This document shows, in pieces, positions 1 to 6,401 of a DNA stretch of 10,489 nt; the first letter of the stretch is position 1; each line of letters opens with the position of its first letter. The notes below the pieces were generated by a model that had not been told where the DNA came from, searched no databases, and was given only the letters and a program-made list of their open reading frames with translations. A program made the position numbers and the translations under genes. Origin of the DNA: a virus (taxonomy: Duplodnaviria > Heunggongvirae > Uroviricota > Caudoviricetes); IMG/VR virus record IMGVR_UViG_2703718820_000012, positions 1 through 10,489 of that record; one strand, written 5' to 3'.

Positions 1-1
1 G

Positions 2-688
2 GACCAGGAAAAATGGAGCGGCGACGGTGCCGGACTCAAGGCCATCACCGGCGGCGATGCGGTGTCCGTGGACCCGAAATACCGGGATGCGTACTCCACG
101 CATATCCCGGCGGTAATTCTGGCCGTGAACAATAACCCGATGCGCTTCACCGACCGCAGCGGCGGCGTGTCACGCCGGCGGGTGATTATTCACTTCCCGG
201 AACAGATAGCCCCGCAGGAGCGCGACCCGCAGCTTAAGGACAAAATCACCCGCGAGCTGGCGGTCATCGTGCGTCACCTGATGCAGAAGTTCAGCGACCC
301 GATGCTCGCCCGGTCACTGCTTCAGTCCCAGCAGAACTCAGACGAGGCGCTGAACATCAAACGGGATGCCGACCCGACGTTTGATTTTATCGGCTATCTG
401 GAAACCCTGCCGCAGACCAGCGGCATGTATATGGGGAACGCCAGTATCATCCCGCGCAATTACCGTAAATACCTCTATCACGCCTATCTGGCCTACATGG
501 AGGCAAACGGCTACCGGAATGTACTCAGTCTGAAAATGTTCGGGCTGGGGCTGCCGGTGATGCTGAAGGAATACGGACTGAATTACGAGAAGCGCCATAC
601 CAAACAGGGGATACAGACCAACCTGACGCTGAAAGAGGAAAGCTACGGCGACTGGCTGCCAAAATGTGACGACCCTGCAACAGCCTGA
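2..688 (+). CDS. P4 alpha-like DNA primase/helicase, C-terminal portion (5' end lies upstream of the window)
   Basis: The listed ORF (62..688) starts at an internal GTG. The same frame is open from nt 2 with no stop in 2-61 (DQEKWSGDGAGLKAITGGDAVSVDPKYRD...). The sequence resembles the C-terminal region of phage/plasmid P4-family primases as I recall them. It is followed by an intrinsic terminator and by TGTTCACC iterons, the known binding motif of P4 alpha. Confidence 0.8.
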   Translation, partial: DQEKWSGDGAGLKAITGGDAVSVDPKYRDAYSTHIPAVILAVNNNPMRFTDRSGGVSRRRVIIHFPEQIAPQERDPQLKDKITRELAVIVRHLMQKFSDPMLARSLLQSQQNSDEALNIKRDADPTFDFIGYLETLPQTSGMYMGNASIIPRNYRKYLYHAYLAYMEANGYRNVLSLKMFGLGLPVMLKEYGLNYEKRHTKQGIQTNLTLKEESYGDWLPKCDDPATA

Positions 689-695
689 CCCACCT

Positions 696-720
696 GACCG
701 GCATCTGCCGGTCTTTTTTT
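696..720 (+). terminator. Rho-independent terminator of the primase gene
   Basis: Stem gaccggc (696-702) pairs with gccggtc (707-713), with loop atct, followed by a run of 7 T (714-720). It lies 8 nt after the TGA stop. Confidence 0.75.
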
Positions 721-738
721 ATCCCGACATCCCCCGAA

Positions 739-767
739 GGTGAACAATCCACTGTTCACTCTTCACT
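739..767. promoter_or_regulatory. Partial alpha-binding iteron cluster (TGTTCACC type)
   Basis: GGTGAACA at 739-746 is an exact reverse complement of TGTTCACC. TGTTCACT at 753-760 matches 7/8, and tcttcact at 760-767 matches 6/8. The arrangement is the same as at the start of each crr-like repeat further downstream. Confidence 0.55.
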
Positions 768-1149
768 GTATATCCCCCGTACCAATATGAATTTAGTGAC
801 AAGAAAACATAAGTTGAACAGGAAAACCCAAAGAACTTTTTATCCCCCTCCAGACATTACCTGTCGCATCCATATTGAGCAAAAAATCTCATAGATAGAG
901 TGGTATTATTAACGTTTATCGCTTATCTAAATAGTAAAAACAAAATGCGATTCTAATTTTATTCACAGGGTAAATAACTGAAATTATCTAAATAACTATA
1001 AACCCCTCATATATATAAATAAATTATACCACATAACCAAAATACGATATTCTGCTGAGATCATTAAATTTAAGCTTATTTCAATGGCTATTACTCTAAA
1101 GATTTGTTAATAACCAGTCGTCATGAAAATATACTTACAGTTATGTTTA

Positions 1150-1158
1150 TGCTATAAT
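1150..1158 (+). promoter_or_regulatory. Candidate extended -10 promoter element for the HAD gene
   Basis: tgcTATAAT has a TGn extension plus a perfect TATAAT at 1153-1158, 28 nt upstream of the ATG. No convincing -35 element is present. A strong Shine-Dalgarno GGGGAGG lies at 1175-1181. Confidence 0.35.
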
Positions 1159-1185
1159 CAGTGACAAATATTTTGGGGAGGAATT

Positions 1186-1872
1186 ATGAAAATTTGTTTT
1201 TTCGATATGGAGGGGACTTTACTTGAAAAGAACTCATATTTAGATAATGGAAAAGTTGCACCGAGCGCGTGGACAGTACTTGCCAAAGAAATCAGCGAAG
1301 CTTGTTTTATTGAAGAGGAAAAAACAAAAGATTTATGGCTAGCTAATAAATATATCAGCTATACACAATGGATGAAAGAAACTGTTGAAATACAAATCAA
1401 ACATGGAATGAACAAAAATCACCTACAAACGGTATTATCTCAAGCGAAGATACAAAAAGGTGCTGTGGAACTTATTCATTATTTGAAAAGTCAAGGATAC
1501 TTAACAGTATTGATATCTGGTGGGTTTAAAGAATTAGCAGACCTAACTCAAAAGAGCCTAAAAATAGATCATGCATATAGTGCTTGTGAATATTTTTTTA
1601 GGAAAGATGGTAGCATTGAGCACTTCAATCTATTACCAACAGATGAGGAAGGGAAACTGGTCTTCATGAAACACCTTGCCTCTGAATATAACGTAGAACT
1701 TGAAAATTGTATTTTTGTTGGCGATGGGAAGAATGATGTTTTTATCGCCAAAAATGTAGGTACTTCTATAGCCTTCAATGCTCAGAGAGAATTAAGAGAA
1801 GTATCTACATTTATTGTAGACCAAGAAACACCTGATTTATCAGCGATTATTGACCTTATTAGAACTATTTAA
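1186..1872 (+). CDS. HAD-superfamily hydrolase, subfamily IB (phosphoserine-phosphatase-like)
   Basis: A strong RBS (GGGGAGG) sits 4 nt upstream of the ATG. HAD motifs are visible: motif I FFDMEGTLL, motif II VLISGGF, and motif IV VGDGKNDVFIAKNVGTSIAFNA (GDGxND). The layout resembles SerB. The gene sits in AT-rich DNA. Confidence 0.8.
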   Translation: MKICFFDMEGTLLEKNSYLDNGKVAPSAWTVLAKEISEACFIEEEKTKDLWLANKYISYTQWMKETVEIQIKHGMNKNHLQTVLSQAKIQKGAVELIHYLKSQGYLTVLISGGFKELADLTQKSLKIDHAYSACEYFFRKDGSIEHFNLLPTDEEGKLVFMKHLASEYNVELENCIFVGDGKNDVFIAKNVGTSIAFNAQRELREVSTFIVDQETPDLSAIIDLIRTI

Positions 1873-2673
1873 TCGATTTTGGAAGTCAAGTTTATCTTTA
1901 ACTATTTCCAGTTGTTCCTCTAACTGTTTTATCTTTGATTCAGACTGTAATTTGTACTGATTAAATTCATTTAAGTCAAATTTCTCTGAGAAATAGTAAT
2001 CTCTCCCAAAAGAAATTAGCGAGAGGAATAACCCAACAACAGCGATCATCGTTCCTATTTTAGTTATCGATATAATTGATAATTTTTCAGTTAGCTCTTT
2101 GCTTATCTGCTCTTTTAGAACTACTGGTTCTAAAAAAGTTTTAGGAAAATTACTTATATCTGAAACACGGTAAGATCTATATTCATTATATTGTTCTATA
2201 ACATCATAAGAACTAGGCACAGCAGAAGCCGGTTGATAATTTGGATTTTTTTCTATTTCATGGAATACAACTCTAAAGAAAGATTTATCTTGCTCACTAT
2301 CAGTAACTGGAAGATATTCCTCTACAGCTGAGAAATTAATTAACAGTGTTGATATCGGACCGTTATATCCAGAATCGATAATACCAGTATTGAGTGCAAG
2401 AAACCCCTTTTGCGATAATCTATTTTTTAAAAATACATATGCAATAAAACCCTCTGGCACATGAAGTATTTCTTCTGATATTACAAAAGCCGAATCTTGC
2501 GGTTTAAGTAAAGTTCTTCCGAGAGATCTTACATGATTTTTTTCATCTTTAAAAAGAATTTCCCTAATAGAAAGATCCACACTTGATTTATTAGAATAAT
2601 CTTTTGTGATTTTTTTGTTATATCTATCACAAACAAACCCATATTCAATTGCTTTTTGAGCACTAATCTGCAT
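1840..2673 (-). CDS. dUTPase/dCTP-deaminase-fold protein with C-terminal transmembrane helix and coiled coil
   Basis: RBS aggtga lies upstream of the ATG at 2673. LKNRLSQKGFLALNTGIIDSGYNGPISTLLINFS aligns by eye with E. coli Dut ([35 protein letters not shown]) and Dcd ([33 protein letters not shown]). The hydrophobic stretch IGTMIAVVGLFLSLISFG spans aa 206-223 (nt 2005-2058). A heptad-like tail KLQSESKIKQLEEQLEIVKDKL follows. Confidence 0.75.
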   Translation of the reverse strand: MQISAQKAIEYGFVCDRYNKKITKDYSNKSSVDLSIREILFKDEKNHVRSLGRTLLKPQDSAFVISEEILHVPEGFIAYVFLKNRLSQKGFLALNTGIIDSGYNGPISTLLINFSAVEEYLPVTDSEQDKSFFRVVFHEIEKNPNYQPASAVPSSYDVIEQYNEYRSYRVSDISNFPKTFLEPVVLKEQISKELTEKLSIISITKIGTMIAVVGLFLSLISFGRDYYFSEKFDLNEFNQYKLQSESKIKQLEEQLEIVKDKLDFQNRLNSSNKVNNR

Positions 2674-2721
2674 ACTTCACCTAACTTAGCTTATTCTATC
2701 GAACAATAATTGAATCACATA

Positions 2722-2751
2722 GTTATAATGTAACTAGACGAATATATCCAA
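2722..2751 (-). promoter_or_regulatory. Candidate sigma70 promoter for the Dut/Dcd-like gene
   Basis: On the minus strand, TTGGAT (2746-2751) is followed by an 18-nt spacer and TATAAC (2722-2727), about 50 nt upstream of the ATG. This rests on a by-eye match to consensus only. Confidence 0.25.
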
Positions 2752-2892
2752 TGTTTTTGAATATATTATTGACGAAGCAAGTCAACTGATCAATACTGTG
2801 TATAAAAAAACAACATCTTCACCACATATAAAAAAAACATAAAATCATGGTACTACCTCAAAGTCCTGACTCCTGCTGAATTGCTTAATCAT

Positions 2893-2990
2893 AAGAAGCG
2901 CCATACAAAACAGGGAATAAAGAGCAACCTGACGCAAAAAGAGGAAAGCTACGGCCACTGGCTGCCAAAATGTTACGCTCCTGCAACAAC
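2893..2990 (+). pseudogene. Remnant of a second alpha-primase 3' end (copy B of the repeat)
   Basis: It encodes KKRHTKQGIKSNLTQKEESYGHWLPKCYAPATT, homologous to the last ~33 codons of the intact primase gene. There is no upstream coding body and the original stop is lost, so the frame reads on into the terminator and iterons. Confidence 0.75.
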
Positions 2991-2998
2991 CCTACCTA

Positions 2999-3022
2999 GA
3001 CCGTCCTCTGCCGGTCTTTTTT
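2999..3022 (+). terminator. Degenerate copy of the primase terminator
   Basis: gaccgtc (2999-3005) pairs with gccggtc (3010-3016) with one mismatch, followed by 6 T. It is homologous to the terminator at 696-720. Confidence 0.5.
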
Positions 3023-3039
3023 ATCCCGGCCCCCCAGAA

Positions 3040-3345
3040 GATGAACAATCCACTGTTCACCTTTCACCGTATATTCACCTGTTATCATACTGAAATTAAA
3101 AGAGAAAAATGAAAGGTGAACAGTGTGAACAATCAAATCAAAAAAACTCTTTTCTCCTTGTGTGATTTCAGTCCGGGGAATTAATCACCGGTATGAGTCA
3201 CACCGGCAGAATGCCGGAGGTGAAGAATCAAATGTTCACCCTTCACCCATTATTCACCACCTATCATACTGAAAGTAAAAGAGAAAACAGAAAGGTGAAC
3301 AGTGTGAACAGTTCTTTCGAAAAAAACTTTTTTCCTGTACGATAC
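3040..3345. promoter_or_regulatory. crr-like cis replication region: two ~125-bp direct repeats carrying TGTTCACC iterons
   Basis: Exact TGTTCACC occurs at 3054-3061 and 3233-3240. Exact GGTGAACA occurs at 3115-3122 and 3294-3301. 7/8 variants occur at 3040-3047, 3072-3079, 3124-3131, 3219-3226, 3251-3258 and 3303-3310. The units are about 3040-3165 and 3219-3345, with a 179-bp period. This matches the published description of P4 crr as two 120-bp repeats separated by 60 bp. Confidence 0.75.
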
Positions 3346-3618
3346 AGCATCAATCAAAGTAAAAATGAGCTTTCATTCCACATTAACTTACAGCCATTGG
3401 TATACAATTAGGTATACGCACAAAAGCTGAATTAAATAAAATAATTAAAAATCAAAGAAATAAAATACTTATTCAAACTCCGCCAGCCCAATCATGATTG
3501 GACGGTGTAAGGACAACACCAACAAAAACAGGAAGTTAGCAGTCTCAGCAGGACACCGACCAGACGGTGAGGAGACAAAAAAGGATACGCAAAGGAGCCG
3601 CGGCTCTCGAGTGACACA

Positions 3619-3649
3619 AAAGCCCGCTTATGCGGGCTTTTTGTTTTTC
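3619..3649 (+). terminator. Rho-independent terminator with no upstream protein-coding gene
   Basis: Stem aagcccgc (3620-3627) pairs with gcgggctt (3632-3639), with loop ttat, followed by tttgttttt. No ORF of 60 aa or more ends here. Confidence 0.65.
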
Positions 3650-3718
3650 CCTTAAGTTCCTAGCCGCTTATCTATAACTATGGAAAAATGTTAACCCTGA
3701 CTGTATGTTAACAAAGGG

Positions 3719-4933
3719 ATGTATATGTCGGTTTTTCATAACTGGCTGCTTGATATCGCAAGCGGGAATTACTTTATCTACATCAAACGCCTTTCTGCAA
3801 ACGACACAGGCGCAACAGGTGGCCATCAGGTCGGACTTTATATCCCCTCAAATATCGTTGAAAAGCTTTTTCCATCAATCAATCATACTCGCGAACTGAA
3901 CCCTTCAGTCTTCCTTACTGCGCATGTATCATCCCATGATTGCCCTGATACCCAAGCACGCGCAATTTATTACAACAACCGTTATTTTGGTAAGACCCGA
4001 AACGAAAAAAGAATTACGCGCTGGGGGAGAGGAAGTCCATTACAGAACCCTGAAAATACAGGAGCCCTCACAATTCTTGCTTTCAGGTTAAACGAACAGA
4101 ACACTGACTGTTCCGAGGTAGATATATGGGTCTGCGTCAATCCCGATGAAGAGGATATCATCGAGTCTGCTATTGGCGAAATCATACCTGGAACCCTAAT
4201 TTCCGGCCCTGCCGGACAAATTTTGGGCGGATTGTCTCTTCAGCAAACTCCAGTAAATCATAAATATGTTATTCCTGAAGACTGGAAGAAGCGTTTTCCT
4301 TCTGGAAACGAAATTATTCAATATGCTGCTGGCCATTATGCTAAAAACTCCAAGGATCCAGATGAGCAACTGATTGACCGTCGGCGTGTCGAGTATGATA
4401 TTTTTCTACTCGTCGAGGAATTACATGTTCTTGATATTATTAAGAAAGGATTCGATTCTGTAGATGAGTTTATTGCATTAGCCAACTCTGTCAGTAATCG
4501 ACGTAAATCAAGGGCAGGCAAATCACTTGAACTTCACCTAGAGAAGCTTTTTATCGAGCACGGACTACGGCATTTCTCCACTCAGGCAGTTACTGAAGGT
4601 AATAAAAAACCAGATTTCCTGTTTCCTTCAGCAGAGGCATATCATAACGTTGAATTTCCTGTAGAAAACTTACGTATGCTGGCAGTAAAGACCACCTGCA
4701 AAGATCGCTGGCGTCAGATACTGAATGAAGCAGATAAAATCCATCAGGTACATTTATTTACACTGCAAGAAGGTGTTTCTTCAGCACAATACCGAGAAAT
4801 GAAAGATGCGGGTGTCAGACTCGTTGTACCATCAACTTTACATAAAAAATACCCAGAAGCAGTTAGAGAAGAATTAATAACGCTCGGAGCATTCATTACT
4901 GAGCTGATAGAGCTTTACGCTGAACTATCATAG
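3719..4933 (+). CDS. ecoRIIR: Type IIE restriction endonuclease, EcoRII family (CCWGG)
   Basis: The 404-aa product is near-colinear with EcoRII as I recall it (SVFHNWLL...YIKRLSANDTGATGGHQVGLYIP...KKPDFLFPS...LAVKTTCKDRWRQILNEADK). Counting from the ATG at 3719, residues fall on the literature numbering: R88, E271, D299, Y308, K324, E337. An alternative ATG at 3725 has better SD spacing. Confidence 0.93.
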   Translation: MYMSVFHNWLLDIASGNYFIYIKRLSANDTGATGGHQVGLYIPSNIVEKLFPSINHTRELNPSVFLTAHVSSHDCPDTQARAIYYNNRYFGKTRNEKRITRWGRGSPLQNPENTGALTILAFRLNEQNTDCSEVDIWVCVNPDEEDIIESAIGEIIPGTLISGPAGQILGGLSLQQTPVNHKYVIPEDWKKRFPSGNEIIQYAAGHYAKNSKDPDEQLIDRRRVEYDIFLLVEELHVLDIIKKGFDSVDEFIALANSVSNRRKSRAGKSLELHLEKLFIEHGLRHFSTQAVTEGNKKPDFLFPSAEAYHNVEFPVENLRMLAVKTTCKDRWRQILNEADKIHQVHLFTLQEGVSSAQYREMKDAGVRLVVPSTLHKKYPEAVREELITLGAFITELIELYAELS

Positions 4934-4938
4934 GCTGA

Positions 4939-4961
4939 CTCCCGGCTTAAAAGGCCGGGAG
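4939..4961. terminator. Hairpin between the convergent R and M genes (possible bidirectional terminator)
   Basis: ctcccggc (4939-4946) pairs with gccgggag (4954-4961), with loop ttaaaag. It sits in the 34-nt gap between the two stop codons. Neither side has a clear T tract. Confidence 0.45.
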
Positions 4962-4967
4962 ATGTTC

Positions 4968-6401
4968 TCAAGGCTGCCCAGTCTTACCAGCATCAGCAGA
5001 AACAGCTTTGAGGATATAGGGTTCCAGAAGTCTGGCAACAGCTTCAAATACTGGCACCACAACTGAGTTACCGAACTGCCGATATGACTGAGTATCTGAA
5101 ACCGGAATACGGAATGGTTTCCCTCCAGGTTTTTCAAATCCCATAAGGCGTGCACACTCTCGGGGAGTCAGCCTGCGTGGTCGACGAGCCTGATTACTCT
5201 CATTCATAAAGTCAGCCTCTCCCGTTGCCATATCCCAACCACGATCAATAAGAATTTCTGATCCGTCTTTGTGATATCTGGCAGAAAGTGTGCGTGCAAT
5301 GCTTTCCTTATTCTCAGGATTGACCAACCCAAAGCCAAAACCATTCCCCTTGGCTGCATGCTTTTTGGCGTAGTTATAAAGGTACTCCCATAGTTTTGGC
5401 GTAAGTATATATTTACTGTCGACTACAGGCTCCAGCAATTCACCAAATGATGGGCGGTGTTCCGGATAAAAACGACTGATATCACGCAAGGTAAACCCCT
5501 TGTGAATATTCAGATCTCGTCTAAATCCGACCAGAACAATGCGTTCACGATGCTGAGGCAAAAAATGCTTCCCATCGATAATCTTTGGATCGTTTTTTCC
5601 CATTTCTGCAGCATCGGCAACTTCGTAGCCCAGCTCGTCAAGGGTCTCCATAATCACTTTGAAAGTTTTACCCTTATCATGGCTCTTCAGATTTTTGACA
5701 TTTTCCAGCACAAAAATTGCCGGTTTTTTTGCTCGTATAATACGTGCCACGTCAAAAAAAAGTGTTCCTTGTGCTTCACATTCAAAACCATGCGCACGAC
5801 CAAGTGAGTTTTTCTTACTAACACCAGCAAGGCTAAATGGCTGGCACGGGAACCCCGCAAGAAGCACATCATGATCCGGCACATGCTCATCAATATATGC
5901 ATAAGCATCCGTTTCCAATACATCGGTTTTATCACTCAGCGTGACTTCCCGAATATCGAGATTGAATTTATGCACCTGTTCATCGTTAAACCAGTTGGCT
6001 TTGTATGTACGCACAGCATCTTTATTCCATTCACTGGTAAAAACACACTGGCCTCCAATGGCCTCAAAACCTTTCCGTATCCCTCCAATTCCAGCAAATA
6101 AGTCAATGAAGCGGAAAGCATATTCCGGATGGTTTGCAGGTGGTTCTGGTAGCATCTTACGCAGAAGAGACTCTTCTACTGAAGTCAACGATTTTGGTAA
6201 ACACTTGCCATTAATCCAGCGGTTAATGGTTTCACGGCTCCACTCATTTTTTCCGACTTTTCTCAGTAATTCAGCCACATACTTCTGATCATAGATTTCC
6301 AGCACTTTCTCGATAAGCTTTTTATCATTTTCCTGTCGCAGCTTTTCTTCCGCCTCGGCTTCCTTCAGCAGATGCTGTGCCAACACTTCAAATTCAGACA
6401 T
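4968..6401 (-). CDS. ecoRIIM: DNA (cytosine-5) methyltransferase, M.EcoRII/Dcm family (CCWGG)
   Basis: The C5-MTase motifs are all present: [10 protein letters not shown] (I), GFPCQPFS (IV), FVLENVKNL (VI), QHRERIV (VIII), [11 protein letters not shown] (IX) and GNSVVVPV (X). The preferred start is the ATG at 6401 (MSEFEVLAQ...), preceded by GGAGG 5 nt upstream. This gives 477 aa and places the catalytic Cys at position 186, as in M.EcoRII. The ORF-track start at 6443 has no RBS. Confidence 0.93.
   Translation of the reverse strand: MSEFEVLAQHLLKEAEAEEKLRQENDKKLIEKVLEIYDQKYVAELLRKVGKNEWSRETINRWINGKCLPKSLTSVEESLLRKMLPEPPANHPEYAFRFIDLFAGIGGIRKGFEAIGGQCVFTSEWNKDAVRTYKANWFNDEQVHKFNLDIREVTLSDKTDVLETDAYAYIDEHVPDHDVLLAGFPCQPFSLAGVSKKNSLGRAHGFECEAQGTLFFDVARIIRAKKPAIFVLENVKNLKSHDKGKTFKVIMETLDELGYEVADAAEMGKNDPKIIDGKHFLPQHRERIVLVGFRRDLNIHKGFTLRDISRFYPEHRPSFGELLEPVVDSKYILTPKLWEYLYNYAKKHAAKGNGFGFGLVNPENKESIARTLSARYHKDGSEILIDRGWDMATGEADFMNESNQARRPRRLTPRECARLMGFEKPGGKPFRIPVSDTQSYRQFGNSVVVPVFEAVARLLEPYILKAVSADAGKTGQP

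Larger units (their letters stand above)
588..775 (+). repeat. Copy A of a diverged direct repeat: primase 3' end, terminator and first iterons
   Basis: agaagcgccatac...ctggctgccaaaatgt...gccggtcttttt...gaacaatccactgttcac aligns by eye with 2893-3075. The protein tails also match: EKRHTKQGIQTNLTLKEESYGDWLPKC versus KKRHTKQGIKSNLTQKEESYGHWLPKC. Confidence 0.8.

Noticed and set aside
338-752. Minus-strand ORFs 338..598 and 525..752 inside or overlapping the primase gene
   Set aside because: These are antisense shadow ORFs in GC-rich coding DNA. They have no RBS and a low-complexity, Arg/Pro-rich composition. The + strand frame has clear homology.
787-894. A 35-aa basic ORF (MNLVTRKHKLNRK...) at the left edge of the AT-rich insert
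   Set aside because: It has no Shine-Dalgarno and no recognisable motif, and short ORFs are expected by chance. It cannot be supported from sequence alone.
923-994. An 11-bp direct repeat TTATCTAAATA at 923-933 and 984-994, upstream of the HAD gene
   Set aside because: The repeats lie in very AT-rich DNA, where such matches arise easily. They have no dyad symmetry and no positional relation to the candidate promoter.
1569-1778. Minus-strand ORF of 69 aa inside the HAD gene
   Set aside because: It is an antisense shadow ORF, and the HAD frame has all family motifs.
2881-3093. ORF of 70 aa starting MLNHKKRHTKQG
   Set aside because: It is the orphan primase 3' remnant read through its lost stop into the terminator and iterons. 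It is annotated as a pseudogene fragment rather than a gene.
3040-3345. Possibility that the repeated units are a CRISPR array
   Set aside because: There are only two long (~125 bp) units containing inverted sub-repeats, and no short regular repeat-spacer pattern. They match the replication-iteron architecture instead.
3193-3411. ORF of 72 aa overlapping the second crr-like repeat
   Set aside because: It lies over iteron DNA that is repeated 179 bp upstream in a different reading context. It has no RBS, so it is most likely non-coding.
3494-3655. A 53-aa ORF (MIGRCKDNTNKNRK...) upstream of ecoRIIR
   Set aside because: It has no RBS, and its C-terminus is encoded by the terminator hairpin and T-tract. 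It is better explained as non-coding or RNA.
3705-3899. ORF of 64 aa overlapping the start of ecoRIIR in another frame
   Set aside because: It is out of frame with a gene that has near-complete family identity, so it is spurious.
3982-4521. Minus-strand ORFs 3982..4185 and 4336..4521 inside ecoRIIR
   Set aside because: These are antisense shadow ORFs without start signals.
4934-4967. Search for a vsr-like gene overlapping or following the methyltransferase, as in chromosomal dcm-vsr
   Set aside because: The methyltransferase 3' end abuts the convergent endonuclease gene, which leaves no room or ORF for vsr.
4928-6288. Multiple ORFs in alternative frames or on the + strand over the methyltransferase gene (4928..5155, 5457..5807, 5659..5874, 5687..5935, 5871..6101, 5936..6121, 5941..6288)
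   Set aside because: All overlap a gene with the complete set of C5-MTase motifs in one frame. None has recognisable features.
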